Position numbers and translations under genes: made by a program. Source: an uncultured delta proteobacterium (lineage in GTDB: Bacteria; Myxococcota; Kuafuiibacteriia; Kuafuiibacteriales; Kuafuiibacteriaceae). From it: 64,000 nt of DNA. The stretch covers positions 160,001 to 224,000 of the forward strand of contig CAWDML010000008.1 in NCBI GenBank assembly GCA_963803435.1. The letters run 5' to 3'. Position 1 is the first letter of the stretch, and each line of letters starts with the position of its first letter. Below the pieces are notes generated by a model that worked only from the letters and a program-made list of their open reading frames with translations, was not told where the DNA came from and did not search any database. Positions 38,470-46,635 of the stretch are shown here, piece after piece.

Positions 38470-40266
38470 TCAGGCGGCGGCGTTTTCGGAGCCGTCGGCG
38501 TACATCGCTTCGATTTCCTTGGAGAAGCGCTCGTGGACCTTCTTCCGCTTCACCTTCAGCGTCGGGGTGAGCTCTCCGGTATCGATGCCCAGGACCTGCT
38601 CCGGGATCACCCATTTTCGGATGTGCTCGACCCGGGCGAACTCGGCGTTGACCGCGTCGACCTCCTTCTGGAGGTGGGCTCGGAGCCTCGGATTCTCGTG
38701 CAATCGCTCCGTGCTCTCCCGGTTTTCCTCGGCCCAGCGCTGCGCCGCCTCGCCGTCGAGCCACAAGAGCGCCGACAAGAACTTTCGTCGGTCCCCGATG
38801 ACGACGGCCTCCGCGATCAACGGCCGGTTCTTGAGTGAGGCCTCGATGTTCTTCGGGGCGATGTTCTTCCCGCCCGCCGTGATGATGATGTCCTTCTTCC
38901 GGCCGGTGATGTGGAGGAAGCCTTCCTTGTCGATCGTGCCCAGGTCGCCGGAGCACAGCCAACCGTCGACCAGCGCCTCCTGCGTGGCGGCCTCGTCCTT
39001 GTAGTAGCCGAGGAAAACGTTCGGTCCCTTCACCTTGATCTCGCCGTCCTCCGCGATCTGCACGTCCACACCGGGCAGCGGCGGACCGACGGTCCCAAAC
39101 TTGGTTTTGCCGGGCAGATTGAAGCTGGTGGGGCCGGTGTCCTCGCTTTGGCCGTAGACCTCGTAGATGACGACGTCGAGCCCGGCGAAGAACTCGAGGA
39201 TCTCCTTCGCCACCGGCGCGGCGCCGCTGACGCAGATGCGTGCGCTGCCCAGGCCGAGCGCCGGCTTCACCTTCGAGTACACCAAGCGATCGGCGAGCCG
39301 ATGCTGGAGCTCGAGCAACGTCCCCGGCGGTCGGCCTGCGTTCTTCGCCCCGTGATAGCGACGTCCGACGTCGAGCGCCCACTCGGCGATCGCCTTCTTG
39401 GCGCCCTTGGCCTGCTTCATCTTGCCGGTGACGCCGGCGTGGAACTTCTCCCAGATGCGCGGCACGGCGAAGAAGACCGTCGGCTGCACCTCCTTGAGGT
39501 TGTCCGGGACCTTCTCGATCGACTCCGCGAAGTAGACCGCGCTCCCGTAGGTGACGGGCACGTGCAGTGTGAACTGCTGCTCGGCGATGTGCGAGAGCGG
39601 CAAATACGACAGCGAGTGATCACCGCTGTGCACCGGGAGGATCTTCTCGACCAGGCTCGCCGTCCACGCCAGGTTCTCGTGCGACAGCATCACGCCTTTG
39701 GGCGGGCCGGTGGTGCCCGAGGTGTAGATGAACGTCGCCAGCTGCTCCTTCTTCAGGTTGTCGATCCGCTCGTCGAGCTTCGCGTCCTCGACGTTCGCGC
39801 CCATCGCCATGAACTCTTCCCAGGTCATGACCTTCGGGTGATCGATCTTCACGCCCTTCATCATCACGGCGCGCTCGAGGCGCGGCAGGTTGGGGAGCTC
39901 CTGCTCGACCTTCTTCCACTGGTCCTCGTTCTCGAGCAGCACGAGCTTCGACTCGGAGTGATCGATGATGTAGCGCACCTCGGGCGGGGAGCAGGTGGTG
40001 TAGATCCCGGCGGGCGCACCGCCCGCGGACATGCACGCGAGATCGAAGATCGCCCACTCCGGCTTGTTGTAGCCGAGGATGGAGACGGTGCCGCCGGGCT
40101 CGAGCCCGCAGTGCATCATCGCCTTGGCCGCGGTGCGGACGTCCGCCCCGTACTGCCGGTAGCTCGTGGGTACCCAGGTCCCACCGCGCTTGACGTAATA
40201 CGCCGTCTTGTCGGGGTTGCTCTTCGCGCGTGCGCGGAGCCGTGCCGGGATCGTGTCGACCGCCAT
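38470..40266 (-). CDS. Long-chain fatty acid--CoA ligase (AMP-dependent synthetase)
   Basis: YTSGTTGPPKGVMLSH, YLPLSHIAE, EVYGQSE, GDLG, GRKKDIIITAGGKNIAP. Confidence 0.93.
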   Translation of the reverse strand: MAVDTIPARLRARAKSNPDKTAYYVKRGGTWVPTSYRQYGADVRTAAKAMMHCGLEPGGTVSILGYNKPEWAIFDLACMSAGGAPAGIYTTCSPPEVRYIIDHSESKLVLLENEDQWKKVEQELPNLPRLERAVMMKGVKIDHPKVMTWEEFMAMGANVEDAKLDERIDNLKKEQLATFIYTSGTTGPPKGVMLSHENLAWTASLVEKILPVHSGDHSLSYLPLSHIAEQQFTLHVPVTYGSAVYFAESIEKVPDNLKEVQPTVFFAVPRIWEKFHAGVTGKMKQAKGAKKAIAEWALDVGRRYHGAKNAGRPPGTLLELQHRLADRLVYSKVKPALGLGSARICVSGAAPVAKEILEFFAGLDVVIYEVYGQSEDTGPTSFNLPGKTKFGTVGPPLPGVDVQIAEDGEIKVKGPNVFLGYYKDEAATQEALVDGWLCSGDLGTIDKEGFLHITGRKKDIIITAGGKNIAPKNIEASLKNRPLIAEAVVIGDRRKFLSALLWLDGEAAQRWAEENRESTERLHENPRLRAHLQKEVDAVNAEFARVEHIRKWVIPEQVLGIDTGELTPTLKVKRKKVHERFSKEIEAMYADGSENAAA

Positions 40267-40312
40267 CCCGAGGTGTAAAGCCCGGATGCCCGGATCAAGG
40301 CAAGCGCGTCTC

Positions 40313-41176
40313 CTACCGGGAAGGCGAGCCCTTGCAAGCGTCCAGGATGCCCGTGACTTTCCGCCGGATCTTCTGGCCGTAGCCGGCGAGGCTGACGCGG
40401 GCCAGCGTGGTGTTCGCCTCTGGACAGCGCTGGGCCGACTGCAGATCGACGGCGAGGTTGAACGCGAGCTGCGGATTGTCCGGGAACTCGCTCCATAGGC
40501 TCTTCGAGAGGTCGAGCCGGGGCCCGATCTCGAAGTTCCGCGCCACCACGGTGGCCTCCGGCCGGTACACGGAGTTTGCGCCGAGGAGGATCTTCATCGC
40601 CTTGGTCCCGCGGGCCTCGTCGCCCTGGATGCCGACGAGCGTCAGGACCGCGCGCACCGGCCAGTCCGCGTGGGTGAGGGCGAGGTTGGCGACGCCCTCC
40701 GCATAAAAATAGGTTGGCGTCTTCTTCTTGATCCGACGCCGGCGCTCCAGCAGGCGTTGCGCCTCCTTCACGGCGCGGATCGCCTCCGTGCGCTCGCCGA
40801 GCCGGACCATCAGGTGGACCCGGCGGAGCTTGGCCTCCAGCACCAGATCGTCGAAGCGCGGGGAGCGGTAGCCGTTCTCCACACCGAAGGCCTCGAGGTC
40901 GCTGATCCGCGTCTTCAACAGCTCGAGCAGCTTCTCCTCGTCGTCGTACAGCGCGATCTGCATCTCGGTCGCGGAGACCAAGAGCCACAACCCACACGCG
41001 CGCGCGTCCAGGTCCTTCGCGTCGCGCATCGCGGTCGCGCGGGCCATCGCTTGATCGACGTGGGCCGCGTACGCCAGCGCGGTCGCCTCCAGACAGTCGG
41101 TTCGAACGAACCACGGCTCGGCCGCCGACGCCGGGCTGGCGGCGAGGAGGAGCGCGCCGAGGACCAACGACCGCAT
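40313..41176 (-). CDS. Secreted TPR-like hypothetical protein
   Basis: Signal peptide (AxA site ASAAE); helical repeats; 'FPDNPQ' TPR-type turn. Confidence 0.7.
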   Translation of the reverse strand: MRSLVLGALLLAASPASAAEPWFVRTDCLEATALAYAAHVDQAMARATAMRDAKDLDARACGLWLLVSATEMQIALYDDEEKLLELLKTRISDLEAFGVENGYRSPRFDDLVLEAKLRRVHLMVRLGERTEAIRAVKEAQRLLERRRRIKKKTPTYFYAEGVANLALTHADWPVRAVLTLVGIQGDEARGTKAMKILLGANSVYRPEATVVARNFEIGPRLDLSKSLWSEFPDNPQLAFNLAVDLQSAQRCPEANTTLARVSLAGYGQKIRRKVTGILDACKGSPSR

Positions 41177-41297
41177 CCGTCCACCCTAGGTCACGCGGGC
41201 CCAAAGGCGAAGCGCCGGGGTAGGTTCCGTTCGCACCCGACAGATCCGGTCGTCGGCTGAGGTCGACACACCGTGAGATCAATCCAACACCCGATGC

Positions 41298-41335
41298 TTA
41301 CAGCAGTCCTGTAATGCCGTGGCACATCCGTTGCT
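41298..41335 (+). promoter_or_regulatory. Sigma54 promoter TGGCAC-N5-TTGCT (41320-41335) with upstream inverted repeat TTACAG-N5-CTGTAA (41298-41314)
   Basis: Exact match to the -24/-12 consensus, 15 bp before the ATG at 41351. Confidence 0.8.
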
Positions 41336-41350
41336 TTGGGTCGGAGGGCG

Positions 41351-41776
41351 ATGAACCTCGAAGACCCGAATGCCATGATCGAGATGTTCGAAGGACTCCC
41401 GCAGGACCGGCAGGACGCCGTGGCGGGATGGTTCATGGTCCAGCGACTCATCACCGAGCACGCCGGCGTCGAACGCGACGAGTGGTTCGGGATGATCCAG
41501 GAGGCCCTCGATCATCCCCTCGACTTCGGGTTCGTGGAGCTTGCGCGAGCAGGAAACAACGAAGGGGTCGATCTCGAGCAGATCGAAGACCTTCGCGAGA
41601 AGCTCGGCGAGAAGACGGCGAAGAAGGGGCTCGAGGGCGAAGGCATCGTCCACGCCGGAAGGAAGGGCGGGCTCGAGCAGGAGCTCCTCGAGCGGTTCAA
41701 AGCGCAACGGATGAGCTTCGAGAGCGGCCGAACGGCCAAGAAGGGGCGCGCCCCAAACGGACGAAACGCGCGCTGA
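41351..41776 (+). CDS. Small hypothetical protein (acidic N-terminus, basic tail)
   Basis: GGAGGG RBS; coding-like composition; first gene after the sigma54 promoter. Confidence 0.75.
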   Translation: MNLEDPNAMIEMFEGLPQDRQDAVAGWFMVQRLITEHAGVERDEWFGMIQEALDHPLDFGFVELARAGNNEGVDLEQIEDLREKLGEKTAKKGLEGEGIVHAGRKGGLEQELLERFKAQRMSFESGRTAKKGRAPNGRNAR

Positions 41777-41795
41777 AGTCAAGGAGGACATTGTC

Positions 41796-42056
41796 ATGGG
41801 TTTTTGGAATGCTTTGGGAAAGGGTCTCGGCGCCGGCATCGGGCTGGGGACCGGGTTCGCGCTCGCCGGTGCGGGGATGAACGTGTTCGCCAACCTGTTC
41901 GGCGGCAATAGCCAATGTCAGGACTTTTGCGGATACCGGGGCAACCAGTTCGCCCGGATGGACGGTTATCTACAGGGCCGCTTCGACCAGGCCCGCTACG
42001 ACCAGTCACGGCTGCAGATGGCCGCCCTCTACTACGGCGCGATGGGCTGGGGCTGA
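41796..42056 (+). CDS. Small glycine-zipper peptide (86 aa)
   Basis: AGGAGG RBS; GKGLGAGIGLGTGFALAGAG zipper, CxxxC, hydrophobic C-terminus. Confidence 0.75.
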   Translation: MGFWNALGKGLGAGIGLGTGFALAGAGMNVFANLFGGNSQCQDFCGYRGNQFARMDGYLQGRFDQARYDQSRLQMAALYYGAMGWG

Positions 42057-42066
42057 GAGGTCTCCT

Positions 42067-42306
42067 ATGAGCGATCACGATCCGCGAATCCTCAAGCACG
42101 TCAAGACGCTCACCGAGGTGGGCACCGACGTCGAGAAGTTCGTCACCGCGTTGGAAGCGATCCGGACGGACCGCAACCTCTCCAGCGTCGCGAAGAAGGC
42201 GATCATGCGGACGATCGCTCAGGATCAGGCGATCGCGTTCCTGGCGGCGGCGACCGGCGAGACGCCGCGGCCGATCAAACGTGCGGATCACCCGCCGACG
42301 AGCTGA
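42067..42306 (+). CDS. Small helical hypothetical protein (79 aa)
   Basis: GAGG RBS; 10 bp after the previous gene. Confidence 0.7.
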   Translation: MSDHDPRILKHVKTLTEVGTDVEKFVTALEAIRTDRNLSSVAKKAIMRTIAQDQAIAFLAAATGETPRPIKRADHPPTS

Positions 42307-43660
42307 GCGCGCCGGCGTCTCCACCCGAGAACGAGAGCTCGCCGTCACCTGCCGGCTCCACCAGCGCCAGTCCTCCAGACATGGCGTTGCGACGCGACTG
42401 CATGCGTTCGATCGCCTCTCGGGCGGCTCTCGCCACGACGGTCGACGCGCCCAGCTCTCCCCTCGCGATCTCCCTGAGCGCGGGGAGCGCGTTCGGTGAG
42501 CCGAGCGCGCCCAGCGTGCGGGCGGCGTGGGTGCGGGCGTCCATCAGGCGCCTCCGCGTGTCGAGCAGGATCCGCAGGACGGCCTGCTCCATCTCCGGAT
42601 CGAGGCGCGCCCCGAGAGGTCCGGGGGTCCGCTGCGCCAGCTCGGCGGTCGCGTCGAGGATCGCGATCAGGTTCTCCGACTGGGTGGCGCCCGGCTTCCT
42701 GAGCAGCGCGAGCAGCGCATCTCGTCCGCCGTGCTCGGCGGTCCAGGCGAGCGCGCGGGCCGCGAACTTGCCATAGAACGATCGGGACGCCTCCAGCAGC
42801 AGCGGAAGCATCTCCTCGCTCGGCTCGTGCTCGAGCAGCTCGGCGAACGCGGTGATGCGCTCCTCATCGGCGCTGGCCGCCAGCCGCGCCAGCCGCTTCA
42901 GGTGATCGCGGGCGACGCGCGCGCCCAACTTGATCGCCGCGAACAGAGCGTTGGGCACATGGGGATCGTCGAGCGCCAGCCAGAGCGCGCGCTGAGTCTC
43001 GTCGTCGTGCGGGCGATGCTCGGCCAGGAGCTCGAGCGCGCGCAGGCGCACGAACGGGTTCTGATCGGTGGTGGCGATGTCGAGCAGCCGCTGGCCGTAC
43101 GGCGTGTCCGCAGCCAGCCGGCCGGCGGCCTCGAGGAGCTGCCGGAACGCGCGTTCGATCGCGGGCGCGCGGGAGGCGGTCAAAACGGCCGACACCCTGC
43201 CGTTCTCGACGCGCACGCGCCCGAGCTCGAGGAAGGTGCGGCGCACGCTTGCGTCGAGGAGCGCGCCGGCGCCCACCACCGGCGCGTGGACGGCGAATCG
43301 ATCGTCGAAGAATCGATCCTGCGTCCGCGTGAGGCCGTGCGCGGCGCCCGCGTCGAGGGCGCGGGTGCGCAGGGGGCGGGGCGCCCGTCGAACGGTGATC
43401 CGGAGCCAGTCAGGGATGCGCCCGCGAGAGTCGATGACGAAGCGGTGTCGGTCGCCGTCGTCCTCCTCGATCTCGACCGCGAACCCGTCGAGATTGCCGC
43501 ACGCGCCGGCGAACGAGTTGGAGAGACCGAGCCGCTCGGCGACCGTGCGCAGGCGACCGGGATCCGGGAGCGCGGCGACGCTCCGGCTGCGCAGGCGCAG
43601 GCGCCGGTGCGAGAGCGCACCCGCCAGGCCCGCGATCAGGAGGACGAGGAGGACCTCCAT
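42275..43660 (-). CDS. Membrane-anchored HEAT-repeat protein
   Basis: N-terminal TM (MEVLLVLLIAGL); HEAT/PBS motifs 'DQNPFVRLRALELL', 'AARTLGALG...LPAL'; C-terminal 'GGLAL..GELS..GALS' tail. Confidence 0.75.
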   Translation of the reverse strand: MEVLLVLLIAGLAGALSHRRLRLRSRSVAALPDPGRLRTVAERLGLSNSFAGACGNLDGFAVEIEEDDGDRHRFVIDSRGRIPDWLRITVRRAPRPLRTRALDAGAAHGLTRTQDRFFDDRFAVHAPVVGAGALLDASVRRTFLELGRVRVENGRVSAVLTASRAPAIERAFRQLLEAAGRLAADTPYGQRLLDIATTDQNPFVRLRALELLAEHRPHDDETQRALWLALDDPHVPNALFAAIKLGARVARDHLKRLARLAASADEERITAFAELLEHEPSEEMLPLLLEASRSFYGKFAARALAWTAEHGGRDALLALLRKPGATQSENLIAILDATAELAQRTPGPLGARLDPEMEQAVLRILLDTRRRLMDARTHAARTLGALGSPNALPALREIARGELGASTVVARAAREAIERMQSRRNAMSGGLALVEPAGDGELSFSGGDAGALSSSAGDPHV

Positions 43661-43780
43661 CTTCCCCACGATACTGACGGCGAGGGCGTATGCGCATCCT
43701 CCAGCGATCTCCGCGATTTGCCGCGAGAACCACTCGCCGGATGCCGCGGTCGCCCGGGGTGTGGTCCGATGTAGGCCGCC

Positions 43781-46474
43781 GTGCGCACCGTCGACCCGCG
43801 GATCGCGATCGCGCTGATCCTGTTCTCGTACCTGGCGCTCGGCTTCACGGTGCTCGGCTTCAACCGGTCGCCGCTGCAGGCGGTCATCACGACCGTCTCG
43901 GCCTGCGCGCTCGAGGTCGTTCTCCACCGGCTCCTCAAGAAGAAGTGGCTGGTCCCGCTCTCGGCGCTGATCACCAGCTTCTCCCTCTCGATCCTGCTCG
44001 ACTACTCGCACGACTACTTTCTGCTGCTGGTACCCGTGTTCTTCGCCATCGGGAGCAAGTACGTGCTCACGTTCGACGGCCGCCACCTCTTCAATCCGGC
44101 GCTCAGCGGTGTCGTCTTCTCTCTGCTCTTCGCGAGCAGCCTCATCAGCGCCGCGCCCGCCTATCAGTGGAACGGCATCGGGGCGATGTCGGTCTTCATG
44201 GTGACGCTGGCGCTGGTCTTCCTGCTGCCCCAGGTCCGCCGGGGCGCGCTGGTCATCAGCTTTCTGCTCACCTTCACGGTGCTGACCGCCCTGCGCGCGT
44301 GGGTGATGCGCTGGCATCTCCCCTTCGAGACCCTCTTCCTCGGCACGCTGAGCTCGCCCGCCTTCTTCCTGTTCACGTTCTTCATGATCACGGATCCGGC
44401 GACCTCACCGCCGCGGCAAAAGCACCAGATCATCCTGGGAATCGCGCTCGCGATGGTCGATCTCGCGTATCACGTGAAGCAGAGCTACTTCACGTTCTTC
44501 TACGCGGCGTTCACCATCTCCTGCGCGCGCCTGCTGTTCCTTCACGCGCGCGCGGCGCTCCGCGAGGGGCCGCGCGCCTGGCTCACCGGTCGCCTCCTTC
44601 GCTCGGGATACTGGCGCCGGCCGGCCCTGCTGGGCGCGCTGGCGGCGATGTCGGTCGGCGGGTACCGGGCGGCGATCCAGCCGCGGCTCGAGCTCTCCGA
44701 GGTCACCTTCCACTTCGAGGCGATCCCGGCCGAGCGCTCCGGGATCGCGCCGCGAATGGGCGATGTCCTGGAGGAGACGGATCCGCGCATCCATCACCTC
44801 GCCAAGTGGCTCTTCTCGGTCGGCGACGCCGTGGCCGCCGGTGACTTCGACAACGACGGCCGCCAGGATCTGTTCTTCACCTTCATCTTGAAGGACGGCC
44901 GTGCTCGGAACTCGCTGTACCGAAACCTGGGCGACTTCCGGTTCGAGCGCGTCGAGCTGCCGGCGATCGCGAGGAAGAGCGCGGAGCCGAAGCGGTACGG
45001 TGTGCCCTCGAGCGCGATGTTCGTCGACTACGACTCCGACGGGGATCGCGATCTGTTCATCACGTACGCCGGCGGCACTCCGGTCCTGCTCAGGAATCGT
45101 CTGGTGGAGGATGGCACGGCCGGCTTCGAGGACGTCACGGAAGCGCTCGGTCTCGCCACCTGGTCGAACGCGATGACGGCCAACTTCCTCGACGTCGATC
45201 GCGACGGGCGCCTCGATCTGATCGTCGGTAACGTCCTCCCGGATCACCTGCCGCACTACGACCATCCGGCGCGCCTCGATCTGTTCCACCTGCCTCCGCC
45301 CGAGTACCCCGGCGACGAGCGCATGTTCGACTTCATGCACTCGAGCTGGCACATGTCCGACAACGGTGGAATCAACGATCTGTACCTCCAGCGCGACGGA
45401 CGCTTCGAGCGCGTCGACGCGGCGGCGTTCGGGCTCCCCGAGACCATGTGGTCGCTGTCGATCGGCACCGGCGATCTCAACCACGACGGCTTCACGGATC
45501 TCTACGTCGCCAACGACTTCGGGCCCGACGACCTCTACCTCAACGACGCCGGCCGGCGCTTCGTGAGCCACAAGGGGAGCATGTTCGGGAGCATCGGCAA
45601 GGACACCTACAAGGGCATGAACGCGTCGGTCGGCGACGTGAACAACGACGGCTGGCTCGACGTCTACGTGTCGGACGTCCACCACGCGCTCCAGGCCGAG
45701 GGCAGCCTCCTGTGGATGTTCTCGGCCTCCGACGATCCGTTCCGCCCGCACATCGAAGACCGCGCCACGCAGATGGGCGCGCTCAACGAGGAACGGTTCG
45801 GTTGGGGCGCCACCTTCGCCGACTTCGACAACGACGGGTGGCTCGACATCATCCAGGCGAACGGCATGGTCGACGACTCCATCGACAAGCGCTTCGACGA
45901 GTGCCCGGACTACTGGTACGTCAACGAGAAGATCGCGCGCTCCCCGCCGTCGATCCACCGCTACGCAGACAAGTGGGGCGACATTCGCGGCTTCTGCATC
46001 TATCCCAACGAGCCGGATCGGCTGCTCCTCAATCGGCCCACCCCGAGCGGCCGCCGTTTCGTCGACGTCGCGGACCGGGTCGGCCTGACGCTCCGCGCGA
46101 ACACACGCGGTACCTCGGCCGTCGACCTCGACGACGACGGCCGCCTCGACCTCGTGATCACGAACCAGTTCGGAGCGCCCGCGATCTACCGGAACGTCTC
46201 GCCGCTCCCGGCGGGCTGGGTCGGCTTCGAGCTCTCGGGCGACGGCGTGACCTGCAACCGAGACGCCGCCGGAACCACCGTGCGCCTCGGCGATCAGATG
46301 CGCGAGGTCCAGGTCGTCACCGGCTTCGCCAGCCAGAACGATCGCCGCGTCCACTTCGGCCTCGGCCTCCGCGCCGAGCCCATCTCGATCGAGGTCACCT
46401 GGTGCGGCCGCGAGACCCGCCACTACGGTCCGTTCGAGCCCAATCGGTACTACGCGATCATCAGGTCGCGCTGA
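43781..46474 (+). CDS. RnfD/UnbU-like membrane domain fused to FG-GAP / ASPIC-UnbV (CRTAC1-like) domain
   Basis: RHLFNPA and FFMITDPATSP (RnfD/NqrB-like); repeated GDFDNDGRQDL-type FG-GAP motifs; C-terminal GFASQNDRRVHFGLG (ASPIC/UnbV). Confidence 0.88.
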   Translation: MRTVDPRIAIALILFSYLALGFTVLGFNRSPLQAVITTVSACALEVVLHRLLKKKWLVPLSALITSFSLSILLDYSHDYFLLLVPVFFAIGSKYVLTFDGRHLFNPALSGVVFSLLFASSLISAAPAYQWNGIGAMSVFMVTLALVFLLPQVRRGALVISFLLTFTVLTALRAWVMRWHLPFETLFLGTLSSPAFFLFTFFMITDPATSPPRQKHQIILGIALAMVDLAYHVKQSYFTFFYAAFTISCARLLFLHARAALREGPRAWLTGRLLRSGYWRRPALLGALAAMSVGGYRAAIQPRLELSEVTFHFEAIPAERSGIAPRMGDVLEETDPRIHHLAKWLFSVGDAVAAGDFDNDGRQDLFFTFILKDGRARNSLYRNLGDFRFERVELPAIARKSAEPKRYGVPSSAMFVDYDSDGDRDLFITYAGGTPVLLRNRLVEDGTAGFEDVTEALGLATWSNAMTANFLDVDRDGRLDLIVGNVLPDHLPHYDHPARLDLFHLPPPEYPGDERMFDFMHSSWHMSDNGGINDLYLQRDGRFERVDAAAFGLPETMWSLSIGTGDLNHDGFTDLYVANDFGPDDLYLNDAGRRFVSHKGSMFGSIGKDTYKGMNASVGDVNNDGWLDVYVSDVHHALQAEGSLLWMFSASDDPFRPHIEDRATQMGALNEERFGWGATFADFDNDGWLDIIQANGMVDDSIDKRFDECPDYWYVNEKIARSPPSIHRYADKWGDIRGFCIYPNEPDRLLLNRPTPSGRRFVDVADRVGLTLRANTRGTSAVDLDDDGRLDLVITNQFGAPAIYRNVSPLPAGWVGFELSGDGVTCNRDAAGTTVRLGDQMREVQVVTGFASQNDRRVHFGLGLRAEPISIEVTWCGRETRHYGPFEPNRYYAIIRSR

Positions 46475-46635
46475 CGGGCCAACCCACCGTCACCCCACCC
46501 GAGGCGGTGACCGGCCACACGGTCGCCGTCACGGCGAGGGTCACGCGCCCACCGACACGGCACACGAAACACGAACACCGTTCACTGACCACGATCCGGA
46601 CGGCGTGCGCCGCCGGCGTGCGTCGGGCCTGCGGG

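Noticed and set aside
43781-46474. Enediyne biosynthetic cluster or Rnf/Nqr complex
   Set aside because: No PKS, thioesterase or other rnf/nqr subunits nearby.
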